Assembly (NCBI GenBank): GCA_965655095.1
Contig: OZ296649.1
Span: 92,628,001 to 92,692,000 of the forward strand
Length of the DNA: 64,000 bases
Direction: 5' to 3'
DNA from: Haplodiscus bocki
Lineage: Eukaryota
Shown here: positions 37,101-52,100 of the stretch, one piece after another
Position numbering within the stretch: the stretch's first letter is position 1
Layout of the letters: the number at the start of each line of letters is the position of its first letter
Notes under the pieces: generated by a model
Databases searched by the model: none
Seen by the model: the letters and a program-made list of their open reading frames with translations, nothing else
What the model was told of the DNA's origin: nothing
Made by a program: the position numbers and the translations under genes

Positions 37101-40100
37101 ATAGAAAATACATAGTATAGAAGTATATAATTGGGTTCTACGACCGTTTTGGGTGCAACTAGTCAACTATAGAGCAAGTGTTTGTTTGATTCATTTCTGT
37201 TTTTCTCAGTGTTTCTCCTTTTTTCAGTTGTTGCTTCTTCCAGATAAAATTCACCACAAAACCGACTTAACACACCTTCCAGTCCAATTGAAAGCACTTG
37301 AGCGAACATTCAACAAGTGTTTGAAACCAGTTAGTATCTGGCACATCTGAGTCTCATCTTGCTTTAAAAAATTCCATGCCACAATAATACACAAAAGCAT
37401 TGTGAAATGGATAGAGATCATATAATATCACATCACACACAGAAAAGTCAAGTTTGTTTCGCTCTCACTACTGATCTGCAGGTTGTTCTGTTTGCTTTTC
37501 TGATGTTTTCGATAATTTCTTGATCAGCGAACGAAACATCATAAAGTGTTCAGTTTTTCAATCTTCCTACGATTTTGCTCAATCTTCCGTGCGAAATGCG
37601 AAAACTCGACAGTTTAATACTTCCCAATTCCCTCTACCTTCAGCGTGAAGTTCTTTGTAAAGCCCACTTGCTTCATCGTTTATGACTGCATTGCATGTGG
37701 GCTTTGTTAATGGGAAGATTGATCCAGATCCACTAAATATTCTCCCAAATCAACCTGTTTTTTTTGTACTTTCCAAGATCGAGTTACCACATAACCTACA
37801 ACAGTTGTGTTAGAGATATCAATGCGTCAACTTGAGTTGCATCAGTTTTGATTGGCGACCAAATCCATGGTTTTGGGCATTCTTAGCGTCCTTGAAAAGA
37901 TCGTGGTTAATCTGTTGTTGCTGTGCAAACCACGTGAAACTTTTTGATGGTATACTTCTGCCTTCTCCGCTCAAAATGAAACACAATTCACGCCTAATCT
38001 CCAGGAAGCCTTGGAAATAGTTCAAAATCTAACTCGTTTTTTAATTTGAGTTACCATTTTGTTCTCGGAGCTACAGAGTTTGTGATCTTCTGGACTTTTT
38101 GAAAGGCCGAAAAGGCTACACAACTCATTGTCCTTGGCGAACCTGTCGTAGAGGTCTGCATGTTTGGTTTCTTACAGGAGGGATTCGGTGTCAGATTACA
38201 ATTATTGACAGTTCGGTTGTTTCTTCCCTAAATTGTAGTAGGAGTGTACCATTTGGTTTTTTGCTAGGTCAGGAACTGTTGCGCAAACAATTGTGGTTCG
38301 GTTCCATAAAATGTTCCCTGTTCTGCATGAGACTGTTGCAAAGCCCTCGTCCCACAGTTCAAATTGACAAAAATGAACACATTTTTCAAACCGAAGCAGC
38401 TCAATTTGAAAAAGACTAATTTAACAGAAACCCGTTTCCTTCCATTTTCGAGGCTTTCCCGTAGCATGAATTGTACATCAGTTTGAAAAAAGGCAGGCCG
38501 ATTAAGTCCTGCGCCTGCTGATAATTTTCCGCATTAGGTTGAAAACATGTTTGTTTTGTCTAGTTGACTATTGTCTAGTTTTGAGAACTCGCTTGGCTTT
38601 TCTCATTTCTAATCCTAGATTAATATGTAGTCCCATGTTAGTATGAAGGAGGAAAAATTGTTTTTCTTAGGTACAACGTGTGTATTTTTTTTTCGCTCAG
38701 ACTAAGTCAGAGTTCTTCGCACGTTTGCTTCAGCATTTTTTATCCCTCTCCCAAATATTCGTATGGGATGCTTACTTTTGTGGCAGCCAGTAGAAAAAAC
38801 TTGAAGACCATCTCATTGTTCCTCAGAAAAATCCAAACGGAAAGCGAGATTTTACTTGAACTGCGCATGGCCTAATGTTTCCAATATCGAAATAAAGTTA
38901 AAATCTGGAATTGCTACAATGGAAACTTCTCAAAGAGAGTGAAAGTTTCTTCAATTTTCCACCGTATAGGTTGCTGGCAGCATTAACTCCTCGTAATTGT
39001 TATATCCTCTAAAGTCAAGACTTTCACCATCTTCATTGTTGTCTCTGAATCCATTCTCATCTGGTACCCGAGGAACTGCCGCCACGAATTATTTTTCCAA
39101 CCTTTCCAAGTACCTCTAGTCACTTTTTCGATGTAGGCTTGAACTGTTTTGTTGGAGGCAACTCCGGAACCAAGACTACATGCAGAATATTAAGCCTGTT
39201 GAGATCATATGTTTTGTGGCAGAGTTTATGAAATTCCTCACTAATGCAAGCGAGTAACGGAGCGTCTGTTTCTAGGTACAGTTCTTGAGAATACCCTAAA
39301 TTCTGGCAGTTCAAGTTTTGTTGCGGTTTTTCAGTGTGCTGCCTTTGAGCGCCGCTGACAAAACACTCCCAATTGGGAAAAAATCTCTCCATTATTCGAC
39401 GGTGGTAACGCTGTTCTTTCACAGCTGTCAAAATCATCTATCTGCTAAAATGGATAACAGCCTTTCGGATGAAGCAAGTTTTTCGGTTTGATTGAAGAAA
39501 CGCTTTTTCATTATTTTGAACTATGGGCCACTAGTCGACTAATTTATCATGTGAACAATACCCGAATCGGAAGGAGTCCACAAAGTTGAGTCAATCGAGA
39601 ATTGTTTTGTTCGTTTCTTTTTTGTTTTTGTACAGTCAGGTCGGCGCGCCAATGAGTAGGGTGATTTTTGTATCATCTTTCTAAGGCGTTAGGTCAATTT
39701 TGCAACTGGGTTTGAACTGCTGAAATTACGAGCCAACATGGTTTTGGTTCTGGAAGAAGAGGTGTTGACTACTTGCAGGAACAACGTTGCTTGTTTGTGG
39801 CTTCTGGTTGCAATCGTCATGCGCAAACCCTGAATATCTTCCTTGATAGGTACGATGACAAATCATGGCCATCTTTGACTTCGCCGTTGAGACAAAGTTC
39901 AACCTCACAGATCCCCTGCAATTGCGCCTCCTCAAGTCTTTCGTCTTTCTGGAACGCTGGCTTGATAGATTTGGCCGCTTCGCTATTTTGCTCTTTTTCA
40001 ACTGCATTTCTTTGAAGATCTGTCAAAAATCAAGTCATACAGTTTAGCAATTTTCCCATTCGCACATTTGTTTGTTTAGGGTTTCCAATTTTACCGTAAC

Positions 40101-43100
40101 TCTGCAGAAACTACTTCGCCGACAAATTTCTGGACCGCTGGTGACTCGGGTGAGGTTGAAGGGACCTATCACTGGTTGGATTGTAGTTTCCAATTGGAAA
40201 TGAATCACCAATGGAGTAAGCCACTGATCTCCAAGATGTTGGGTTTTAGCACGATTACATGATGATTTGGGAATCATGATGACTGCTGCTTGCTGTGTTA
40301 AACCACTTGCTCCATCAAATTGGTAAAATTTATGTTACGTTTATTCGAGAAGAATTTCAGCTAAGTATCTTGCCTCAATTAGTAGGAGGGCCTCAAATTT
40401 GATATGGAAATCTCAAAACGTCCGTAAATAGAACACAATGTTAACCTTGACTATCATCTGGTAGCCGCAAGTTTCTTCGAAAAACTCATTCAGACTCTTG
40501 AACCTCTGGTTTTGGCTCGAGTGCTTTGTTAATACAAGAAAAGATTTTTTTGCTGTTGTTCAGTTTTTCGAACCGAAGCCTCTCTCCTACCCTCGTTGTT
40601 GTTTCAATTTTACCATTAGCTTGACGAACAAAGGATTCTGATGGGAGTGAAAGTCAGGCAGTTGTGGTTCTCGGCACTATCATGTCTTTCAACATAAACT
40701 AAAGGTACGTATTTTAGGTGCCAAGCTGCAATAAAGCAAAAGATGAAGCAATTCTCATCCTGTTGGTTTGGTATGATGTTGAGCGATTCTGGTGATTCTG
40801 CTTCGTTTGAGTTGGTAAATGTGAGGATCCTTCAAACGAGTTCAAGATGGCATATTTTTTATGAAATTGATCAATTTGGCCGAGTATATATCCACTGCAT
40901 GCCGTCGTGAAGCTGAATAAATTAGTGAGCATTTTATCCACCTAACTGAGGAAATCAGCTTGAGGTACTTTTTAACCATTCAAGGATTGCACGTCTAAGG
41001 TAATGAAGTGTGCTTCTTCATCTACCCTGGTGGGCCTCAATGATTCCATTTTGGCGATGAGTTGAAATTTGGTTGCAGTTCGATTCACAATCTCCGAAAC
41101 CAAGTCATGAGAAGGATGTTTGACATCTGTTAAACATTGCGGAAGTCGTTTTGTTCGGAACCAGGTTTTGTTCAGACTTTGAGCACCTCATTGAACACCG
41201 ATGCCACTAGTATAAGATTTTGTCGAAATGGATCAGCAGGTTGTGACAAAACTTGTTCGTGTTCTTCGTGTAGGTGTTTGAAAAACTCGTCCATATCGTC
41301 CATACCGTCAAAACTGACTCTGCAATACATATTAAGTTTTTGCAAACTTGGTGGTTTGTATGATCAACATATGTATTGATATGCGCTACGGAGAAGTAAA
41401 TTAGATGAAAATATGCACATGCAATGAGTCAGTAACGGGGACGAAGTTTCTCAAAAAATTTCTATTGGTATCCCTTTTTGATGTTTTGCGCAAACGAAAA
41501 CCGGCAAGTGCCTCAAGTCCTTAATTCGACTGATCAGCTTTTAGTTATGGTTCATTAGTTTTACTAGAAAGCATTTTGGACGGGTTTGAAATTTTCATTG
41601 GCTGGTGTTTGTTGAATTTTTTTAGTTTAACTAAATAAACATTTGAATTGAACGGAACCTAGCAGTTATAATCAGTTGTTTGTTGATTGGACTTTTTCAC
41701 CGATAAAAAAAGCTTCATGAAACCAGCTTTTTGCTTCGACAGGCATTTTCACTTTTTGCATTAGACTCCGAAAAACGAAGCATTTTGTTTGTTTGGGCGA
41801 ATTATTAAGTTACAGTCGATTTTCGGTGAAAGTACGTCAATGGAACAATCTTTTTCCAACTAACTCTATCGTCTCAAGACCTCAATCTGCTGCCCAACAA
41901 GTGCTACTTTATTTTTCTCTTGTGGCACGTATCTCAGCTTTGGTTTATATCTCTTCGATCTGAATTTGTCATCAAATGGATCCATCTGGAGAGTTGGATC
42001 TCCTGAATGTGTCCACGCGCCAAAACTTTCAACCAAAATCCACTTACCTCCCAGATTCCTTGGGAGTTTTTTCGACCAGAAATCAAGTGCAAGAAACAAA
42101 GGCATCTCAATTGTTTGCGAAGCTACACCAAAAACTACGCGACCAGATTCAGAGAAGTAATGGGCTTTGCAGGCTTCGAAAGCGTATATGTCATAGATGG
42201 GCACTGTATTCATGTAAAAGTTCTTCCAAATTGTTCCGATCTTTGAAACCCCCGCTACGCTGACCACAGCGCAGCTTTGGTTTGCATTCTGAAAAGATTT
42301 TCGTAATGTTTCTAATTGTGTGTTTTTCACACTTCCATGTCGGTGTTTGTTTCTAATGGAAGCGTGTTCCGCAAAACGTATTCAATTCCTTCAATGGATT
42401 AGTCAACTAGTAGGATATTGGTTGTGTTCCAACAGAATCAAGTTAAATCTGCGGCAAAAATAAGCATGTTTTTTCACTTCTGTTTGGGAAGGAAGAATAG
42501 AAGCACTTTATACACTTTGAGACAATTGAATTAAAGTGGGCCCACATAAGTGAGCTGGTAGTTTCTGCAATATTGTTTCATGGGTTCATATAATCCAAAG
42601 TCGATTCAGGGCAAACGCTCGCAAATGCGTTTGTCCACTGTTACTAGTGATCAAAGTGACCTATCGAAGAAGTGTTTGTTACCACACTTGCCCAGCAGTA
42701 GCCATTATTGTCTTGATTGGTCTGCTTCGTCTGCGCTGACAATTTTGAAAAGTAATGGGCTCAAGGGATATTGGAAAAATATTAGCTGCATCAACTACAA
42801 AAAATTATGATTGAAACGTTTGCTTCCTATAGACAATTCTGACAATTCCGATCCGTCAGTTAGATTTGCAATTTGATTTTCGTATTAAGGAAGACCTTTC
42901 GAAGTGTTTCGAGTAAAATGAATGCAGATGGAAGACGCTTGTCCTGGAAGAGAGATTAACGGAAAAACGCCCGCCTTTGCAATTCAAAGTCGTAGACTGC
43001 TCAAAACTGCAGCAGTTATAGTTTCAGGATGTAGGTTTTCGTGTCCTTTAAGTTGAGTACTGGTAATGTCAAAGGCCTTCAGGTAAAGATTTGATTTTTG

Positions 43101-46100
43101 GAAAGACGATGTGACAATGATGCCCAAACGCAAGAGCTTCCACACAATTCGTGTAAAACTTTGAGACCAAAACTTTCATCGGGGCAAAATGGAAACCGTT
43201 ATGGTAAACAGTGATACTGCTCGATCCACTTTTTTGGTAATGAATTGTGTTTTTCGACCTAGTGCCGAGATTTCAACCTTGATTGTTTTGGCGAGAGTTG
43301 CTCTTCGAATAAGTTATTCCATGACAAGTCATTTTTGATGTTAACTCCGCGCTTTTTTAAGACTAGAGAGAAAATTTTGTCTTAACGTTGGCATGGCGCT
43401 AGAATGTGGGCTTCTTCGTAACATTGGTCTCGCTGGCAGTTTTGAATATGTCTGTATCTGTCAAATTGCTATCGTACAATTTTGCTTGTGTGATGCCTAT
43501 CGTATACTGATTTGCTGCATTTGTAATCGTTTAGTACAGATTTTGGTTTTTGTTTCAAAAAAAAGAACACCACTCAAAAGATGTTTCTCACAGAAAAAAC
43601 ATCTGCTGAAAATCTGGCAGTGAAATTAACTTTCGTTGAACTCCTGGTTTCGTTTTTTTCCTCTGCAAAAGGGGCTGCTACGAAAATAAACGGGTGTGGG
43701 TTGTAGCTGTATCCATGACAGATCAACAGAGTACTTTTTCTCGCGTCATGAGGAAAACGTGTTCTAATAAAAACTTTGTGCAAACAATCACCATTCGCAG
43801 ACAAAATTTTCATCTTTTTTTTCAATGATAACGGAAGCAAAAAACAAAGAAAGGCACGTGTTGATGACAAATATAAAAGTTTCGTTATTTGCGGTTTTTG
43901 TATAGTCCTAATCCATGTTTGATCAGTCATTTTACGATTGGTTTTAAGGGTTATGTTTTGCAAGACGATAACTATGATTTGATAGGCTGCGTCTTCAAAC
44001 TCTATTGCTGTCTTAGTGGGCCTGTGCATCACAAGGGGCCAACATTTGCTCGAAGGATGTATCAAAAGTGATGAAAAGAACTGGCTTTTCCAATTTAAAG
44101 AGCGAACTGTCAGATGCTTTAACTGGTGTCACAATCCGTCAAACTTCCGACTCTTGAAAAAAAATCCAACGTACTTCTCTGCGAAAGGATTCTGCGTTGA
44201 CTGACTTTGCTTTTCCTTACAGTTGAGACACCCACCTCCCGAAAAATTTCCAAATTGACAACATTGCAGCTTTTTGGAAAGACTGCTTTTTGATGCAAAC
44301 TCTAATACTTCTGATAAGTTCTGGACAAAAAAAATTGGCCAATTGATTTGATTGCAGATATCAAAACTTTTGGCTAATGATATCGCTACTTGCGCAACCA
44401 CCACTGCCAGATACACGAATTCAACACTTTTCTGTTTTGCGGGACCAGCGACTCAAGTCAAAGTGACTCTGAAGTTCCTTTTTGATGAAACATTTGAATT
44501 TAATGTCAAAGTAACAGTTTTGCTAACAAAAGGCTGAAATTTTCCACCGTTTAGGTTAACAAGTTCAACTTAAATTGCTTCAATCATGCTAGTTTTCAGC
44601 TTGTTGAATTTGGTTTTTTATGAAGACAATATGGTTAAGTCTTGAGGAAGTGAGTTTAGGCTAGCTTTCGGTAGTCTTCTTTGGCCGCGAAGTTTTCGCA
44701 ACAATGGTGGCTCTGCAGCTGGAAAATGTTTTTTTTTCCAGCGGTTGTTGTGTTTTGCAAAAACCATGTTTGTCCCTGCATATGACCTGGACTGTGATCA
44801 TTGGGATTTCTTGCTTTTTGGGGCCATTTTTGTTGTTTTCGTTCACAGAGAAAGCTCCATTTTAACGCTTGTGTAACACGCCTTTGATATCCAAATCATC
44901 TAAAATACTGCGATCAGAGAAACGGGAATCAAACTTTTCCACAAAAACAAATGTTACTTTCTCTTTGCCTTTGATTGAACACAAGGGTTTGATGCGAGTT
45001 CTTTCTTTCAGATTTCTCAAGCTGTCGTTTTGTTTTCTGTGTTCACCAGAAGAAATTTTTGCGTTGTATCATCAAAGCGGTACTTCAGCTCCACCCGAAT
45101 TTGAGCTGGGAAGATTTTGAACAAAACGTTAGGAAGTACTCGTTTCTGACAATGTTTACTATGGTGGTGCAGAAAGCGATTCCAACCAAAGCCACAGACC
45201 AATCAAGATCTAGTTGAATTGGATGTGCAGGTTGTTTCGGGAGGACAACTTTATTATTTTCTGGGTAAACAGCCTCTGAATCTGTAGATTCCAAAAACTT
45301 CTTAAATTCATCCGTCTACGCTGATGTGTTTGGGCTCACGAAAGTTTCTTTTGAAATTTTCCTCTCTCGTCCCTCAACTTGTATGTTGGTGGGTTGAATG
45401 TGGCAACTTCCGTGACGGTAAAACTTTTGTTGAAATTTTGTTTCTAGTCCTTTTTGAGTGGGAATTTTTTTTGGCTTTTCAAACGTTATCGCCAATTGCA
45501 GTTTTTCGTTGGTTGACAAAAATGGTCGGTTTCTGTGCGGCTACAGAAACTAAACGTCGTACAGTTCGTTTGCTAACTTTTTTCAGTGCCACGGGAGTAA
45601 AAATGCTCACGAGCCACTTGATGGTTTTGACAAGTGGTTGACATCTTTTGATATAATGTTGCGTCCATTTGGTTCAGGTGTTTGTATAAAAGGTGTATCT
45701 TTAGAAGGATGTTTAGTTCGGCGAAAGCAGATTTGTTTTTTTGTTGGACTGGCGTCGATAGTCGTTTTGTCGCAAAACGATTTGAAAACTTCCTCAAATT
45801 CTGCTCATTTGTCGGACCAAACGTTTTGAGGTTGAACTCGCTCAATCAACTTTCCAAAGTCCTGGACCTTGTCTTGGGGACTTTTTGTTGGCAGTCGTTT
45901 TTGTCAAAATGTAACGTGATAGGCTAGTAACCAGCAAAACTTCGACTCCATTCATAATTTTGGCTAGTGTGTCAACATAATTCATGTCTTTTGACCATGT
46001 CGCTCCAGTGTCGAAAACAAAACAGTATGACCGATGATTTTGCGTATAAATTCTCGACAGTTAGTGTTTGAAATTTCTTTTGCGAGAAACAGTTTGATAT

Positions 46101-49100
46101 TTGAATATGAGTGTTTTCTAGTTTTCTGAGAACTCTTGGGCTACAAACTGCACAGAGACTATAAACTTCATTTAAGATTTTCCAAAGTTCTTGCTTCAAC
46201 CTACGAGAACTTTCCATGATTTTATAGATCCTCCTTTCCTTTCAAAATTTGGGTCCAAGTGCTGTTCATCATTTGGGGCTTTAGGGGTGTTGTTCCTTAC
46301 ATTTTTGGTTTTAGAGCGGACAGAACTGTTTTTTTTGCATCTTTTGGTTTCACATTTTGCTCAGTTTGACTGTTTGTGACTAGCTGTCCGAAATATCGAG
46401 ATCTTCCAGGTCAGTTTGTGACCTGAGTCCTGCAAATTTTTTGTGTTTGGTTGCACCTTGTACAGGAAAGCTGCTGCATCAAAAGTTGTAACCGGTCAAC
46501 AGTCTTTACGATGCTTTCATAGTCTTGTTCGAAACCCGTGCCCTCTTGAAGGAGTTACAAAAAAATGTTTTTTTTTCAGTTTTGATGAGGTGGTGTCATT
46601 GACAATGCAGGCAAAATTTTGGTTGTACATATGCCACTGCTTCTCTGATTTTGTATCTTTTTGTTTCTTCATGTTGTGTTTCCGTTTTTGTGTCTGCAAC
46701 AGGTTGTCTTTGGAAAACAGTTACATTTTGCAAGTTCTGCTTTAAAATTTGGTCATATACAATTTCTGATGCGTTTAGTTGTTCGTTGAAAGTTTTTGAG
46801 TGTCATTGCAAAATCAAGTGCACTAATCTTGTTAAACAACAATTGAAAAACTGACTGATCCTTTGGAGCATTCTGTTGCCTTTGAATGATGACAAAACAT
46901 GCTTTCCCTGTTAACACGATCCTGCAGTTGCTCACAACATCATCAATTCCTCTCATACGGTAATATGTTTTCTACTTTGCAAAAGACGACACCAATGAAA
47001 AATTTAAGTAAGCTTCTGCATAAGGAAACAATCTCGTCGCTTCTGCAGTTATCCAAAATGCACGTCTGTTTGCTACTTCCTTCTTTTCTTCCCAATGCTT
47101 GAGAATATGCAGTTTTTTTCTCGGTCTTCAGTCCAAAACTCCTCTTTAGCTAATGACGATTTAAAATGAAAGAAATGTGGATAGAAACTAACATTGTTAG
47201 AACAGCAACGTGTTGAGTGGCACGTTTGGTGATCAAAGTCGATGAGGAATTGAACGAGAAGGTGTAAAAGAGCCCGTACGTAAAAGTGTCGGATAACATT
47301 TTATTATTCCTGTTCAGTCGCCGACCTAAATGATCAATCTGCAGTTTTTTGCTTGATTTTTTTTAACACAGTCATATGACTTCTTTTTAATATCAATGTT
47401 GTGCGACCATTTGGTTTGATCAGACATTGTCTCCTCGACAAGAAAGGAAAAGCAAAAAAAGTTTCTATGCAGACAAGCTACTGCAACATTGGCACATTTT
47501 CCTCCAATATCTTTGGTTGCACAAATCATCACAGAAATTTAAACAGTTTTCCAGTTCCTTAACTTTTTTTATGCCAAGGGAAGCATCTCATAGAGTTGAA
47601 AACCCATTTGTTTGTTTCCCACACAACTGTGTATTGGGTGCCATTTTCAAAAAATTTCCGATGACAATAAGAATAACTCATGGGTTTGCCGGTATAAACA
47701 ACACTAAGATCGTGGCACTAAGGCTGACTTGCGAAACTTTCACGACGACCGTTCGGTTTTGCTTCCGTTGTTGACAAAAACTAAAATCTTCGCCGGAGTA
47801 GCGTCTACTGAATCGAGTGTATGCTTTTGAATTGCCTGAATTTCAATGAAAATTTTCAATTGTCATTTCAACAAGCTATCGTCATGCAGACGTTGTTGCC
47901 AAGTTTTTAGACGAGTATTAAACATCCCTATTGCTTCAGAGGAGTGTAAAACACGTAAATCTTGAAGTAAACACGAGACTGTTCGTTATTTTTTGTCTAA
48001 ATACATTGCAATAATGGGTGACTAACAACTGGAAACTCAGGGGGGGGGCAATGCATTGTTCACTCATCAAATTTTGGAGGTGGTTGTTTATCATTATATT
48101 TGTTATGAAAATTTAACAAAACTGTGTATTGACTTCTAGCTCGCTTTAAAAAATGTAATTTTATGAAACTCTGACTGATTTGCTATTCTTTCTCTACAGA
48201 GGCTTTTGAATCCCTCTGGTTTCTTGTTTTCTTTAACGAGTCTGATCTCAGGCTGATTACGAACCCGGTGTTCCAGTAATGGTGTAATTGCCAGGTTCGA
48301 ACTGAGGGACAGCGCTACTTGTGGTTGTCTATGGTTTTTGTTTCTATAGCAATTGCATTCAGTGCCAGCGTTTTGGTTGTAACCGAAGAACCAATCTTAG
48401 AATAAACGACCTTTCCGCCCGCTTGATGATCTAGTTTGCAAATTGAAAGGTAGTTGAACCAACTATTTTGAAATTCGTGGTTGAATTTTGAGGCCTTGGT
48501 GCATGCAAAACTATCCACATCAAAAGCAGTTGGTAACAAGTTGCCGAGAAATCGCATTTGTCCCTGCAAGGCGTTAATAGCTTATTTGATGAATCAAATC
48601 ATCAGGGCAAGGAAAAAGCTGAAAAAGAAGGAAAAATCTTTTTTACCCGCTTCCATGCAAATTTTCTGTTGATAGAGAAAATGTATTTTTTTGTCGGCTG
48701 AGTAACTGCACTTGTACGATGGCTGCAACAAATTTGAAGCGGTTTTGTTGTGCCTGCAGACTGAATAAAAGCATTGGCTGCTATGCCAGAAACCCTCAAA
48801 ACTAAAAACTAGAAGATTTGATACGATCGTTTTTTTATGATTGACTTTGCGAGGTAACCTCGATTACTTGCTCTGACACCATTCTCCTAAAGGGCTGGGA
48901 TCTACAGTTCCAACTGATCAATGTAGGCGACCAACGTTTTCAGGTTTCATTGATTTCAATTGAATTTTACTCGGGAAAGGTTTTAACAAGCACCAATTTG
49001 CATGACTACTGGAGTCAAAAGTTCAAGTTTTCCCGAAAAACCAACTGAGTGTAAACGGTTGTTTTTGTCATAGTAAAAACAAAAGTCGTGTTTTCATTTA

Positions 49101-52100
49101 TCTGATGCCGTTTTTGACAGTAACTAGAAAAAATTTGAGTCTAGCGTTGTAATTTTTTAGAATGAATCCAGTTTTTAGAAACATGATAATCAAAGCAGTC
49201 GATACGATGAATGGAATCAGCAATCAAAAGCTGCCAGTTTGTCGGGAAAGTTGCGTTTAAAAGGAAGAAGGAGATGGAAAAAGAAAACCAGTGCAGGATA
49301 GTGGTATTTGACAACGGTTTGCGATAGTTTTTTCCTTCAACTTCGTTCATTTGACTGAGCAACAAACGCAAAGCTTTCGTGTATACTTCATTCTAGCATG
49401 GCGGTAAACTTCGAGATTCTTGTCGAATGAGGATTTATATGGCACCTTCACCTGGTTCATGCAGAATTGATCTGGTAACCTCAGTTTTTTAACACCATAC
49501 TTTGAATCTGGAACCTTGGTTCGGAATTTCAATTTGAGTTCTGTGCTCTAAATTTGTAAGAAAAGCAGTGTTTTTTCCGAACTGACGATGTTTTTGTAGC
49601 GAACCTTCGATACAAAACTGAAAGATTTTTTTTCAAGTCTACCACATGTACATATCACTTCTTTTGCTTCAGTATGTCTTTTTTGAATGCAAGCACGCTT
49701 CTGCGTCTTATGAATAGAAACGGAGTCCCTCGTTTGAAAAGTAACCTTTTGTTTTTCCCGAAACAGCCAACTTCTTTAAATTCGTAGTGTGCAATGGTGT
49801 TTTCGTTAAAAAATCATTGGTTGCGAAGTATCAACCCGGTTTCACACCGATCCCTTGGACTACTTGGGCAAAAATTGAAACTAATGTTAAAAAAACTCGA
49901 AATATAAGCAACTGAATGTCCGCATTTCTGGCTAACAACTTTGGTGCAATAAATCTGCTTTCAATGGCGCTAGGTTTTGGATGCGGTGGCTGAGTTGATA
50001 CGACCTCTGGCCAACAGATTGGAACCCACCTACTCAATTCGAATCTACCTGCAATGAAGTTTTCCTCTCAGTTAAGCTCCTCCTGAGTTGGTTCCTCAGA
50101 TTGCCATAAAAACACGCTACTTTTGAGCTTATTCTTTATAAAAGGAATGAATTTCGCAACCTTGACTGTGGCAATTTTGAGTGACTGCGAGTGAAACAGA
50201 AGCAGAACAGGCAACGTAACTCCACAATGGCGGAAAGCAACAACTTTCCGGAAAAAAACAGCGATCCAAACTGAAAAACTCGCGAAGAGGGTATCGTGGG
50301 TATCATACGCGATTGTAGATCTTCCGCTGATTTTTTCACTCGCTACTAAAGCGTGCAATTTATCGTCTACAACAGGCAATTGTCTGTAGGGGACAAGTGG
50401 AAGAGTGAACCAGAACTTCCTTGAACACAAGAAGGCGAAGATATCAGACTGCTGAGACCTAACTTTACTGCCACAGGTAAAAGTCACCTGTTCTCAATTT
50501 TAAAAAACAGTTTTCTCGCAACGAGTCACTTTCTCAAGACTGATTCCGCTTCTGGCAACAAATGATCCTTGTGACAGCAGAATCAGGCAGTACTTGGTAT
50601 TTACCCCAAGTGTACATATGTGAAGATATTGATCGTTTGAATCTAATTGAGTTTATGGCGTGCTTTGCTTCCATTTTCGGTACATGCATTGAAGAAAGTA
50701 AATTCAAAAACTTCAACTGTCGAGCGGAGAATCGACAAACTAAATGGCACGAAATATGAGAAGAAAAAAATTATTTGCAAAGAGGAAGGTTTGGAGAATA
50801 TATCGCAGAAAGGCCTATGCTCGATTGTAAGAACAAATCAAGGGTTGCTCTTACTTCCACATGCTAGAGTGGTCTGCCCAGGACAAGGGGAAAACCAGAA
50901 CGTGCTTGCTCCCTCTCAGACGATTCTGTCAGATTGATGACAAGTAATTCTCAAAATTTAGCATTCTCATCAGCCGTCCGATCAGTGTTCTGGCAAAATA
51001 CCATCTGTAAAATTTGAGATGCCCAATTGAAGACTCCAAAATGAATATCTGTCATTAAAATTTGGCGAAAGTCCAAGATCACCCTACAAGTAGTTGTTGA
51101 AAAGTTATTGAGCTAGTAAAGCGCCAGCTGATTGGAGTTGATTCGCGTTTTTTCCTAATTACCTTCACCAAGCGAAACAAATTCAACAGTGGGATGAACT
51201 TGGTTGCAACTGGACAAACAAATACTTATTTGGCTGATTGTTTAATCCCGTTGGGCATATGCTCTCGGTTTTTACTATCATCAGTTTTGACTTCCATGTC
51301 AACAAAAAGTTGGGTCGATTATTCAGTTTTCCTCATCGGAATTCTTTTTCGGAAAGAACGCTGCTTTAATGACTTCGAAGGATCTGTTTTTCGCTCTCAA
51401 AAACGTGCTTAAACTTTATTCCAACTTGAATTTTTCAGAAAATCTTCACTAATTTCGCCGAGTTTTCAAATTGGTACATATTTGTTATGTTTTTTATAAT
51501 GTTCGAAATAAAACAAAAATTTCCACACTTCGAAACATTTTGCACTTCTTGGCCACTTCCGTTCTGTTTTTTTTGTTACAAATTTTTTTTGGGAAAAATT
51601 TGACTGAGTTCCTACCAACGAAAAGACTTCAATAATTAGTCTACAATTTTCTGTTTTTTTTCTCTGCTTCTCCCTCTGTCCACTAAGGATTTTGCTGTGG
51701 AAGAGCAAAACCCATACGAAAATGAAATTAGCAGTATTAGTTGATGGGCGTTTAGACGATCCCGTTAAAGTACTTCTCGCAAGTGTATGCAAAGCGCAGC
51801 CTGACTTTTGTCTGAGATATTGGTCTCTTCAACAAAATGTGGCATTGAGCAGCCAATCTGTAGGTTGTGTTCCCCCAGTAATTGAGAATTGTGGCAAAAA
51901 ATCGTTGACATTGTTGCAGCAGGTCGTGAACGAATCTACTAGATGTCCTACGTTAAACTACATCCACTTGAATGCTTAATGAGAGTCTTTGAAAACGAAA
52001 AAGGAAGCTAACGGAAGCGAATTCTGTCAAAAATTTGATAGGAACGACTGAATCAGATTCTCACCAAAAAACAGTGGTCGAAGTTTCAATGGCAAAAGGT

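Larger units (their letters stand above)
37800..47850 (-). mobile_element. Decayed Polinton/Maverick (adintovirus-like) element B with a near-complete core gene set
   Basis: Seven recognisable hallmark genes lie head-to-tail on the minus strand: ATPase, integrase, penton, core, MCP, protease, pPolB. All have stops and frameshifts. TIRs and TSD were not found. Confidence 0.9.

Noticed and set aside
50470-50495. ATGKSHL as a Walker A motif on the plus strand
   Set aside because: Lacks the first Gly of GxxxxGKS and has no downstream Walker B; the longer open frame here is on the minus strand.
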